Shown: in pieces, positions 28,401-38,351 of the stretch | Layout of the letters: the number at the start of each line of letters is the position of its first letter | How positions within the stretch are numbered: the first letter of the stretch is position 1 | Program-made: the position numbers and the translations under genes | Assembly (NCBI GenBank): GCA_034670305.1 | Contig: JAXMNT010000005.1 | Location: forward strand, 160,001-224,000 | From: Deltaproteobacteria bacterium | GTDB lineage: Bacteria > Myxococcota_A > Polyangia > Polyangiales > Houyiibacteriaceae | DNA length: 64,000 nt | Direction of reading: 5' to 3' | Notes under the pieces: generated by a model | Seen by the model: only the letters and a program-made list of their open reading frames with translations | What the model was told of the DNA's origin: nothing | The model's database searches: none

Positions 28401-30793
28401 TGCGCGGTCTCGATTTCGGAGGCTCGGCGCGCGGCGGCCATCTGCGTCAGCCGCTGCACGAACTCTTCTCGTTCGCTCGCCTCGAGCCGGAAGCCGAAGC
28501 GCCCCGCGGCCCGCTCGACCCGGATGTAGTCCGCGAGGAAGTCGTACACCGCGTTGCTGGCCGACAGCGCCGTGAGCCGCGCTTGGTTCTGCGCGTCGAT
28601 GAGGGTGACGACGTTCGCGGCGCCGCGTCGGTACGCGTCGCTCACGAGTTCGAGGTTGGCGGCGGCCGCCCGTTGCGCGTCGGCGCGCAGCCGCACCGCG
28701 GCGCGGGAGGCGCCGGCTTGGTGCATGGCGGCGCGCACGTTCGCCTCGATGGACTGGGCGAGCGCCTGCCGTTGCATCTCCAGCTGCTCGATCTGCGCCC
28801 GTGCCTGCGAGATCGCGCCGTAGCGCGAGGCATCGAAGAGCCGGAACCGGAGCGCGGCGCCCACCTGCCAGGTGAAGTTGTCCTGCTGAGGAAGGTCGAT
28901 GCCTGGGATCGGCGCCAGCGCTTCGGAGCCCGCGCCGCTCCGATGGAAGACGTTCGTGAAGCCGCCCGTGACGACCACGTCCGGCACGTAGAGTTGCTGG
29001 CGGCGTCCATCGAGCGCGAGGTTCTGCGCCCGGAGCGCGGCATCGATCTGCTTGAGTTCGGGCGACTGTTCGAGCGCATCCTCCGCGACAAACGCCCGAA
29101 GCACCCCGAACGACCACGGGTCTTCCACGTACTCGAGCACGCGCGGGTCCATCACCAGGCCAACATCTGGTTCGGTGGGTTCGACCGTGTGCACCGGTGC
29201 CTCGAGTTCTCGGTTGAGCACCCGGTTCAAGCCGATCTCCGCCTGGTTGCGGCGCGCGGTCGCGGCGATGACGTTGGCCCGGCCGTCGGCGATCTCGATC
29301 TCCCAGCGAAAGACTTCTTCGCGCCCGCCGGAGCCGATCTGCACGCGGACCTCGGCGAGGCTGAGGTTGCGCCGGATGCGGGTGAGGTTCTCGCGGTTGA
29401 CCCGCTCCGCCGTGCGGGCGCGGAGCACGTCGAGGTACGCGATGGTGGCGTCGCGCACCACGTCGAGTTCGCTGCTCTGCACGCCGCGCGTCGCCGCTTC
29501 GATGTTCGCTTCTTGCGCGCGGATCCCGCGGTGGAGCGTGGGCGAGTAGACGACTTGCTGCCCACTCAGACCCCAGGAGACTTGCCGCTCCGCGCTGCCG
29601 AGGGACGAGGACACGTCCGGGTCCTGCCACGTGAACCCCGCTTGGGCGTCGACGGTCGGCAGCCACCCGCCGCGCGTCTGCGCCAGTCCCGCGTCGGCCA
29701 CGTCGACGTCCAAACGCGCAGCGCCGAGCCCGAGGTTGCCTTGGACCGCTTCGGCCACCGCGTCGCGCAACGTGGTCGGGGTGCCGCGCTGGCGCTCGTT
29801 CATGCCGACGAGCACCGCCTCGGTCATGAGCTCGAAGCGTGGCCAGATGCCGATCGCGCGCGCGGTCGCCATGTTGATGGAGAGCTCCGCGCGCGCTTCG
29901 AAGACGATGCTGTAGGTGGATGGTTCGCCGCGAGCGAGCGTCTCCTGGATGTTGAGCGCGACCCGGCGCATGCGCCGCTCGACTTCGCCGTCGGGCACGA
30001 GCGAGGTGAACGCGCCGCGGTTCACCCAGCTGCGACCATCGCTCGCGTAGGTCGGCAGCCGCCGTGCGTTGAGTCCATCGATGAGCGGCTGCACCTCGGA
30101 TTCGGGAAGCCGAATGAGCGGCCCGATGTAGACCGCTTCGATGCCTTCTTCGAGCGCGGACAGCACCGACTCGGCGGTCGCGTCGACCGGCACGATCTGC
30201 ACCTGCATCGGCGGGCCGGCGTTCTCGGCGCGCGCGGTGCGGCCGACGAACGCTTCGAGTTCCGGGATCGCGTCGGTGATCACCCGGTCGATGAGGATGG
30301 CGGTGCGGTTGAGCCGGACGACTTCTCGGAAGCGGCGCAGGTCGCGTTCGAGGTCGACGAGGCCCGTCAGGTAGCTCAGGTTGCGGCGGCCGCTCGTCTC
30401 CCCCTCGCGCGGCAGCCCTTGGAGCTCCGGACTCGCGAAGGGCAGAAACACCGGTTTGGAGAGCCGTTCGATCCGCGCGACCGCGCGGCCGGTCTGCAGG
30501 CCGAGCCCGACCACCATGTCGATCGAGCGATCGGCCAGCGCGGCGGCGACCAACGCATCGGCGCGCGCCGGTGTGAAGTCACCGACGTGGGTGGGCGCGC
30601 TCGGCGCGGAGAACCCCTCGAAGCGTTCCGAGAAGAGCGTGTCGAGTTCGTGGGCGAGCCGAGCGGTCTCGCGGCGGAACACGTCGGTGTCTCCGTCGAC
30701 GACCACCGCGATCCGGGGCGCGGCGTTGCGTGGTTGCGCGAACGCGTGCGACGCGACCGACAGGGACAAGAGCACCAAGCACCACTTCATCAT
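28397..30793 (-). CDS. TolC-family outer membrane efflux protein with an N-terminal ABC-substrate-binding-like domain
   Basis: C-terminal OEP repeats (AVAEAVQGN, AYLDVLRA, YRRG...LIDAQ). N-terminal ~320 aa ends in the INMATARAIGI motif typical of ABC_sub_bind domains. Confidence 0.85.
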   Translation of the reverse strand: MMKWCLVLLSLSVASHAFAQPRNAAPRIAVVVDGDTDVFRRETARLAHELDTLFSERFEGFSAPSAPTHVGDFTPARADALVAAALADRSIDMVVGLGLQTGRAVARIERLSKPVFLPFASPELQGLPREGETSGRRNLSYLTGLVDLERDLRRFREVVRLNRTAILIDRVITDAIPELEAFVGRTARAENAGPPMQVQIVPVDATAESVLSALEEGIEAVYIGPLIRLPESEVQPLIDGLNARRLPTYASDGRSWVNRGAFTSLVPDGEVERRMRRVALNIQETLARGEPSTYSIVFEARAELSINMATARAIGIWPRFELMTEAVLVGMNERQRGTPTTLRDAVAEAVQGNLGLGAARLDVDVADAGLAQTRGGWLPTVDAQAGFTWQDPDVSSSLGSAERQVSWGLSGQQVVYSPTLHRGIRAQEANIEAATRGVQSSELDVVRDATIAYLDVLRARTAERVNRENLTRIRRNLSLAEVRVQIGSGGREEVFRWEIEIADGRANVIAATARRNQAEIGLNRVLNRELEAPVHTVEPTEPDVGLVMDPRVLEYVEDPWSFGVLRAFVAEDALEQSPELKQIDAALRAQNLALDGRRQQLYVPDVVVTGGFTNVFHRSGAGSEALAPIPGIDLPQQDNFTWQVGAALRFRLFDASRYGAISQARAQIEQLEMQRQALAQSIEANVRAAMHQAGASRAAVRLRADAQRAAAANLELVSDAYRRGAANVVTLIDAQNQARLTALSASNAVYDFLADYIRVERAAGRFGFRLEASEREEFVQRLTQMAAARRASEIETAQ

Positions 30794-31045
30794 CTCGACT
30801 CCAAGAAGCTCACGGGCACTCGAACCGGGGCGCCACAGGGCGGACCGTCGCGTTGCGCGGGACCGAACGCAAGCCGAGGAGTCGCCCCATCCGGTGGGAC
30901 GTTACGAACCGACCTCGCGCGCCAGAACCCGCCGCGCCTCTGAAATCCGCTTCGTTCAAGGAATCTTCGACGCGAGCACGCTCGCCAGCGGTGTCACCAA
31001 GGCGGCCACATCGATCTTTCGGTGGTTGGCGACTAGCCTTCCCCG

Positions 31046-31867
31046 ATGCTGCGCACATCGCTTCTTCTGGGTCTGGGCTGCTTTGCGTGTGGAAGTGGGA
31101 ATGACGCGCCCACCCCGCCGGTGGCTCCGGTCGTGGCACCGACGGCGCCCACCACGCCCGGCGGGCTGCAGGTGCGGGCGGTGCACTACGGGCGGGCGAT
31201 GAGTCCGCAGCAGCAGATCACCGAAGAGGTGCAGCAGTTCCTCCCGACCGATCCGGTGCACGTGTCGGTGGAGATCGCTGGTCGCCCGAGGGCGGGCACG
31301 CTGAAGTTTCGCTGGGACGTCTTCGGCGAAGAAGCGAGCGCGTCGGTGGACCTGTCTTCCGTCAACGGCGGGGTGCTGTTCAGCGTCGGTCAGTCGACCT
31401 TCGTCGGAGGCACGCTCAGCCACCAAAACCCGCTCCCCATCGCGATGTACGAGACGGTGCTCGAGTTCAACGGCGCGGAGCTCGGCCGGTACCCTTTCGT
31501 CGTCGGTCCACCCACCGACGCGACCCCGTCCACGATTCACAATGTGGTCACCGCGCGAAACCACACCGAGGACTACCACCCGATCGATCCCGCCACGACG
31601 TTCGGTGCAACCGACCCGGTGCATCTGCTCGGATGCGGCACCTTCGGCCGACTCACGTGGGTGCAGGTGAAGTGGCTGGTCGGTGGCACCTTCGACGAAA
31701 GCGCCACCCGGGAGCTCACGTTCCAAGAGAACGTCGAGACGTGTGTCGGGTTCGGCAACCGCCCGGCCCAGGGTTGGCCCCTGGGCGAACACACCGCGAT
31801 CCTCACGATGAACGGCCACGAGATCGGCCGGTACCCGTTCACCATCAGGGCGCCGAATCCGGGCTGA
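31046..31867 (+). CDS. Lipoprotein with two repeated beta-sandwich domains
   Basis: Lipobox CFAC. Internal repeat F.PTDPVH...NG.E.GRYPF occurs twice. Confidence 0.7.
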   Translation: MLRTSLLLGLGCFACGSGNDAPTPPVAPVVAPTAPTTPGGLQVRAVHYGRAMSPQQQITEEVQQFLPTDPVHVSVEIAGRPRAGTLKFRWDVFGEEASASVDLSSVNGGVLFSVGQSTFVGGTLSHQNPLPIAMYETVLEFNGAELGRYPFVVGPPTDATPSTIHNVVTARNHTEDYHPIDPATTFGATDPVHLLGCGTFGRLTWVQVKWLVGGTFDESATRELTFQENVETCVGFGNRPAQGWPLGEHTAILTMNGHEIGRYPFTIRAPNPG

Positions 31868-31913
31868 CGATCCGAACGACGCCCGCCATCGCGCGGGTGA
31901 TATGGTGGGCGGC

Positions 31914-33227
<1,314 letters not shown>

Positions 33228-33280
33228 GCGCACCAGGGGCGTGCCGAACCCTTCCCCCTAAGAAAAGACGGTCGCGTGAC

Positions 33281-33388
33281 CGACACGGCGCAGTCGAGCG
33301 AAGCGAGCACAAGCCGTGTCACCGGGGCGGGGTTTGGGTGCCCCCAAGAAAGAAGGGCCGCCAGTCTCGCGAAGCGAGCCAGGCCCGT
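33281..33388 (+). repeat. Composite of REP-like family 1 (33281-33350) and family 2 (33354-33388)
   Basis: Matches 3164-3234 (reverse complement) and 10685-10719 (reverse complement). Lies between convergent genes. Confidence 0.8.
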
Positions 33389-33397
33389 CGTGGCAAG

Positions 33398-33778
33398 CTA
33401 GTCCGTCTTGGGCGGGGGCGGCTGCGAGGGCACCTGGGAGGATCGGGAGACGTCCGCGAGCAACGGTTCGAGGTCGTCGATCGCTTCGGTGAAGGAGACC
33501 GCCACCCGGTGGCGCCACAGGCCCTCGGAGTCCTCTTCGTTGTCTTCCACGCGGACGATGGTGCCGATCATCTCGCGCTCGGGCAGCTCGTCTCCGGGCA
33601 GGCGCAGCATGACCACCACGCGCTCGCCGACGACCGGCTCAGCGGCGGCGACCATCATCACGCCGGTGGCGCTGATGTCGCGGCTGATGCCGATGATGAC
33701 CTCGCCTTCGCCGCTGATCTGAAGCGGGAACCAGATGGTGAATCGTTGCGCGCCACGGCGATCTTCTTCTTCTGTCAT
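33398..33778 (-). CDS. PilZ domain protein
   Basis: RRGAQR (RxxxR) and DISATG (DxSxxG). ATGA overlap with the upstream oxygenase. Confidence 0.85.
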   Translation of the reverse strand: MTEEEDRRGAQRFTIWFPLQISGEGEVIIGISRDISATGVMMVAAAEPVVGERVVVMLRLPGDELPEREMIGTIVRVEDNEEDSEGLWRHRVAVSFTEAIDDLEPLLADVSRSSQVPSQPPPPKTD

Positions 33779-34716
33779 TTGGTCAGACCGATCGCGCGCA
33801 GCCGCTCCATCAGAAACTCTTCGTTGTTGATGGGCGCGTACTTGGGGGTTTCGCCGTCCTCGAGGCAGGAGGGCAGCACCTCGAGCATGGCGTCGAGGTG
33901 CGGGTGGACGAAGAAGGGCATCGAGTACCGAGCGGTCGGCTCGCCCTGTGGGTTGACCACGCGGTGGGTGGTGGCCGGGATCGTGTCGTTGGTGATCCGC
34001 ATCATCATGTCGCCGGTATCGGCGATGATCTGCCCGGGGATGGCGCGGATGGGGAGCCACTTTCCGTCGCGGGTGAGCAGCTCGAGCCCGGACTGATCGG
34101 CCGGTGGCAGCAAGGTCATCAGGTTGATGTCCTCGTGCTGGGCCGCCCGCATCGCGCCCGGTTTGTCGAAGCCGTCGCACACCGGGTAGTGGATCACGCG
34201 CTGCAGCGTGTTGCCCCCGCGGGCCATGTCGACGAGGAAACTCGGCTCGGTGCCGAGGTAGATGCCGAGCGCTTCGAGGCACTCGAACGCCACCCGATCG
34301 AGCGCATCGTAAAGCTCGAGCGAGGTCTGCTTCACCGCTTCGACTTCGGCGGGCCACACGTTCTTCGGAAGCCGCTCGAACATCGGGTCGGACTTCGAGG
34401 CTTCGCGTCCGACATGGAAGAACTCCTTGAGATCGGGCTGCGTGTTGTCCTTCGCGTGTTCGACGCCAAACGACGTGTAGCCGCGGCGACGGCCGGTCTC
34501 CGGGTGCTCGTATTGGCGCTTCACCTCATCGGGCAACGCGAAGAAGGTCCGGTACGCGGCGTAGGTGCGCTCGAACAGATCTTGGTCGATGCCGTACCCT
34601 TCGATCGCGACGAAGCCGAGCTCTTTGAGCGCGTCCCCATATTGCTGGATGAAGGAATCGCGTGTCGCGGGGTCGCGGTACGCACGCAAATCGACGACGG
34701 GAATGGTTTGCTCCAC
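33775..34716 (-). CDS. 2OG-Fe(II) oxygenase, isopenicillin N synthase family
   Basis: Motifs IPVVDL, HEDINLMTL (HxD), HRVV, RYSMPFFVHP. Confidence 0.92.
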   Translation of the reverse strand: MEQTIPVVDLRAYRDPATRDSFIQQYGDALKELGFVAIEGYGIDQDLFERTYAAYRTFFALPDEVKRQYEHPETGRRRGYTSFGVEHAKDNTQPDLKEFFHVGREASKSDPMFERLPKNVWPAEVEAVKQTSLELYDALDRVAFECLEALGIYLGTEPSFLVDMARGGNTLQRVIHYPVCDGFDKPGAMRAAQHEDINLMTLLPPADQSGLELLTRDGKWLPIRAIPGQIIADTGDMMMRITNDTIPATTHRVVNPQGEPTARYSMPFFVHPHLDAMLEVLPSCLEDGETPKYAPINNEEFLMERLRAIGLTK

Positions 34717-34778
34717 AAAGCCTCCTGTTCCGTTTGTACCTTGTTCCGCGGCAAAGGGCGCGCGAGAATCGCCGGGTC

Positions 34779-35426
34779 ATGGCCACTCAAAAGCTCTCCA
34801 CCCTCATGCAGAACTATCCGGCAGGCCAGGTCCTGTTCCGGGACGGCGACGAGGGCGACGTCATGTACGTCATCCAGAGCGGCCGGGTGCGCATCTACAC
34901 CGAGGTCCGCGATCGGGAGAAACAGCTCGGGATCCTCGGGCCGGGCGACTTCTTCGGCGAGATGGCGATCCTCAACAAGAAGCCGCGCACCGCGACCGCA
35001 GCGATCTTCGAAGACGCGAAGCTGCTGGTGATCGACCCGCAGACCTTCGGCGCGATGATCGTCAGCAACACGGAGATCGCGGTTCGGCTGATCCGCAAAC
35101 TCGCGCGCCGCCTCGACAGCGCGAACACCCTCATCGACCTGCTCATGCACCGGGATCCGAAAGCGCGGGTGATCCTCGGTCTCGCGCACGAAGCGGAATA
35201 CAACGGCACGACGCGCGAGGATGGATCGGTGATCGTGCCGCTCGACATGGCGGGCCTCGCCAACCAAATCGGCCTCTCGGAAGAAGAAGTGGCCGGGGTG
35301 CTCTCGCGTCTGGACCGGCTGAGCATCGTCGAAGCGACGGACGACGGGTTCGTCATCGGGGACGTGATGCGCCTGCACGAGTTCCTGGAGTTCCTCCAGA
35401 TGCGCGACAAGTTCGGCGACGTCTAA
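34779..35426 (+). CDS. Crp/Fnr family cyclic-nucleotide-binding regulator
   Basis: Motifs LFRDGDEGD.MY.I.SG.V, GDFFGEMA, PRTATA, and a C-terminal HTH-like segment. Confidence 0.88.
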   Translation: MATQKLSTLMQNYPAGQVLFRDGDEGDVMYVIQSGRVRIYTEVRDREKQLGILGPGDFFGEMAILNKKPRTATAAIFEDAKLLVIDPQTFGAMIVSNTEIAVRLIRKLARRLDSANTLIDLLMHRDPKARVILGLAHEAEYNGTTREDGSVIVPLDMAGLANQIGLSEEEVAGVLSRLDRLSIVEATDDGFVIGDVMRLHEFLEFLQMRDKFGDV

Positions 35427-36064
35427 GACCGGGAGAGGGCGGCTCGAGTGGCGGGCGCGGCGTCGGGGTCGAGCGCGAGGTGGGCTCGGAGCAACCGCAG
35501 GTCCGCTGGGCGGTCGACGTCGAACCAGGGTTCGGTGAGGGCCGCGTTCGCTGCGCCGCCGAGCGGTGTCTCGAGAGAACGAAGCGAGTCGGCGAGCGCG
35601 TGCCGAGTGGACCAGCGCACCTCCCGGAAGGTCGGAACCTGGGTGGCCCCGAGGAGCACGTAGCCTCCGTCGTGGCTCGGGGAGAACACGGTGTCGTGGC
35701 TGCGGAGCAGTTCGAACGCCCGGTGCAGGATGCGAAGCGGCATCGAGGGCGCATCGGCCCCCACGATCACGACCCGTTCGCAGTCCGCCAGCGCCGTCTC
35801 GATCGCGTGCGCCATGCGTTGGCCAAGGTCGTCGCCATGCTGTCGGTGTGTCGCGACGTCGATGCCTTCGAGTCGCGCGTCGTCCGGGCCCGCCCACCAC
35901 AGCTCGGTCTCGAACGCGCCGGTCGTCTTGGTCAGGACGTCGTGGAGAAACGCGCGGTAGAGCGCGGTCGCTCGGGCCGCATCGATGCGGGCCCCGATGA
36001 GCCGCGTCTTGACCTGTCCGGCGACCGGCGCCTTGGCGAAGACGAGTACCTTGGTGTCGTTCAT
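35423..36064 (-). CDS. TIGR04282/DUF2064 family (CofC-like) transferase
   Basis: Motifs VFAKAP.AG.VKTRL, Q.GDDLGQRM, IVGADAP, DGGYVLLG, DVDRPADL. Confidence 0.85.
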   Translation of the reverse strand: MNDTKVLVFAKAPVAGQVKTRLIGARIDAARATALYRAFLHDVLTKTTGAFETELWWAGPDDARLEGIDVATHRQHGDDLGQRMAHAIETALADCERVVIVGADAPSMPLRILHRAFELLRSHDTVFSPSHDGGYVLLGATQVPTFREVRWSTRHALADSLRSLETPLGGAANAALTEPWFDVDRPADLRLLRAHLALDPDAAPATRAALSRS

Positions 36065-36741
36065 CGCGCGTGTTTCGCGAGCTGCCAGAGGATGATCGTG
36101 CCGGCGCGCACACTGCCTTCGATCGTGCCGCTGACCTTGCTCTGGCCGCCGCCGCGGCGGCGGTACGCCACTGGGACCTCGGCGTGGTCGATGCCGAGGC
36201 GGGCGGCTTTGATCTGCATTTCGACCGTCCAGCCGAAGTTGCGGTCTTCCATCTCGAGCCGTTCGAGCGCGGGCCAGGTCACGGCGCGGAACGGACCGAG
36301 GTCGGTGTAGCGCGCGTGGTAGAGCGCCCGCAGCGCGCCGCACGCGATCGCGTTGCCCACCCGCTGCGGCCAGGTGAGCGCGCCTGGTTCGAGGGTGCCG
36401 CGGACGCGTGATCCGATCACGAGCTCGGCCGCGCCGGTGGCGATCGGTTCCAGCAGCACCGGCAGATCGCGCGGGTCGTCGCTGTGGTCGGCGTCGAGAA
36501 AGACGACCACGTCCGGCGGGTCGGCGCGCAGGTGCGCCAGCGCGGTCAGACAGGCGGCGCCGTAGCCACGTTCCCGTTCGACGACCAGGATCGCCCCGCC
36601 GGCCCGCGCCACCTCCGCGGTGCGGTCGGTCGATCCGTTGTCACAGACGACCACGCGGCGCACGCTCGCGGGCAGATCGCGGAGCACCTTCGGCAGCGCC
36701 TCTTCTTCGTCGAGCGCGGGGATGACCACGTCGACGATCAC
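36061..36741 (-). CDS. Glycosyltransferase family 2
   Basis: Motifs VVIPALDEE, DNGSTD, GYGAAC, FLDADHSD, TDLGPFRA. GTGA overlap with the upstream gene. Confidence 0.92.
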   Translation of the reverse strand: MIVDVVIPALDEEEALPKVLRDLPASVRRVVVCDNGSTDRTAEVARAGGAILVVERERGYGAACLTALAHLRADPPDVVVFLDADHSDDPRDLPVLLEPIATGAAELVIGSRVRGTLEPGALTWPQRVGNAIACGALRALYHARYTDLGPFRAVTWPALERLEMEDRNFGWTVEMQIKAARLGIDHAEVPVAYRRRGGGQSKVSGTIEGSVRAGTIILWQLAKHAR

Positions 36742-38012
36742 GGAGCCGGCGCCGCGGGTTCGGGCAGCCCGCGCGGGATGGGGGCGTTCGACGGGAAACC
36801 GCGCTTGAGCGACTGCCACACGTAGGCGCGGGCGAGCCGCATCATCTGGTGTTCGAGCCGCCCGTAGGCTTCGGTGCCGGCGCCGGCCAGCTCGCGCATG
36901 TACTCGTGTCCGAAGAGCACCCGCAGCCATCGGCGGGACTTGCCGGTGTAGAGCAACTTCGCGAGGCGGTACTGAAAGCGGAGGTTGCGTCCGGCTTCGG
37001 ACTTCAGGAACCCGCGTTCGAAGTCGGGGATCGTGCGGCGCCCGGCGGCGAGCGCTTCCGCGATCCGGGGCGCGGCGTACATCGCGGTCTCCAGCGACGG
37101 GGCGATGCCCTCCCCGAGCAGCGGGTCGATGCCCCACGCTTCGCCGACGAGCACGAGGCCTGGCCGGTGCGCTTCGGTCTTCGGGTCGTAGTAGTGCTCC
37201 GGCCAACCCGCGATCTTCGCGTCCACCCGGTCGAAGCCGTTGCGGTCGGCGTAGGCATCGGTCCAGGCGCGGAGCGTCTTGCCGTCGGTGACGCCGCGGC
37301 CATCCATGATCCCGATCTTCCAGAACGCGCCCGGTTCGGATCCGGGTTTCGGGTACGTGAAGATCCAGGCGTACCCGGGGATGTCGTCGAGGAGCGGATC
37401 GAAGTCGAAGTAGAGCCGGCCGGGATCGAACTCGGGTGCACCAGTTCCGGGCCGGCCAGTTCCGGGCCGAGAGGGGCGCTGTACATACACCGACTCCACC
37501 AGCCGTCCGACCACGCCGCCCCGCAGCTCGAGCGATCGCCGCACCGCGCCTCGGGCGCCGTCTGCCCCGACGACCCAGGGGAAGGTCTCGGTGTGGCTCT
37601 GGCGGTTGTGCTGGAACGTCAGACTCCAGGACTCGCCGTCCGCGACGATGCCGGTGAGCCGATGGGCCTCCCGCACCTCGACACCGAGACGCTTGCACTC
37701 GTCGAGCAGCCGGTTGTCGAGCACGCCTCGGTCGTAGAGCCACTGCTGCCCCCGCTCGACGATCGGGAACGCGCCGAGCGCACACCGGAACTCGAGCTCC
37801 CGCGTGTCGCAACCGCCGACCGGATGTTCGCCGAGCAGATCCTCGAGCAGCTCGGTGCCGCGGGTGGTCAGCGCGCCTCCGCACAGCTTCGGGCGCGGGA
37901 AGGTCGCTTGATCAAAAATCACGATCTGGTCCGCCCCGACCCCGGCGCGCAGCAGCTGCAACGCCGTCGCGCTGCCGCTCGGGCCACCGCCCACGATCGC
38001 GATCGCACTCAC
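36738..38012 (-). CDS. Geranylgeranyl-reductase-like FAD-dependent oxidoreductase
   Basis: Motifs IVGGGPSG, FPRPKLCGG, VVGADG, GYAWIF, LVGEA.G.DPLLGEGI. Confidence 0.85.
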   Translation of the reverse strand: MSAIAIVGGGPSGSATALQLLRAGVGADQIVIFDQATFPRPKLCGGALTTRGTELLEDLLGEHPVGGCDTRELEFRCALGAFPIVERGQQWLYDRGVLDNRLLDECKRLGVEVREAHRLTGIVADGESWSLTFQHNRQSHTETFPWVVGADGARGAVRRSLELRGGVVGRLVESVYVQRPSRPGTGRPGTGAPEFDPGRLYFDFDPLLDDIPGYAWIFTYPKPGSEPGAFWKIGIMDGRGVTDGKTLRAWTDAYADRNGFDRVDAKIAGWPEHYYDPKTEAHRPGLVLVGEAWGIDPLLGEGIAPSLETAMYAAPRIAEALAAGRRTIPDFERGFLKSEAGRNLRFQYRLAKLLYTGKSRRWLRVLFGHEYMRELAGAGTEAYGRLEHQMMRLARAYVWQSLKRGFPSNAPIPRGLPEPAAPAP

Positions 38013-38351
38013 CCGAAGACGATCGCATAGCCAAGCCCCCACGCAACCGACTTGGGTCCCCCACGGGCCCCGCGACCAAGCGGCTCCATCGCCGTGCACC
38101 TGCGCAGGCCGCAGGCCGAGCAACTGGTGCACTCCCCAGGCCCGTGGTGCAATAAAAGACGCAACCGGCGCAGGCGGGGCCCGAGAAGGTCGCCGTGCCG
38201 CGGGAGACCGAGGCCACCGTCACCATCCCAAACCAGCGGAGTGCGGGGCGTCCACAACGGTGTGGGCGTCCCGCACGATGCCTTGGTCCAGGGAGAGACC
38301 GGCGCCGCTCCAGAAGTGGTTCTTCCGGAAGCGGCGACGCTGAAGCCGGAA

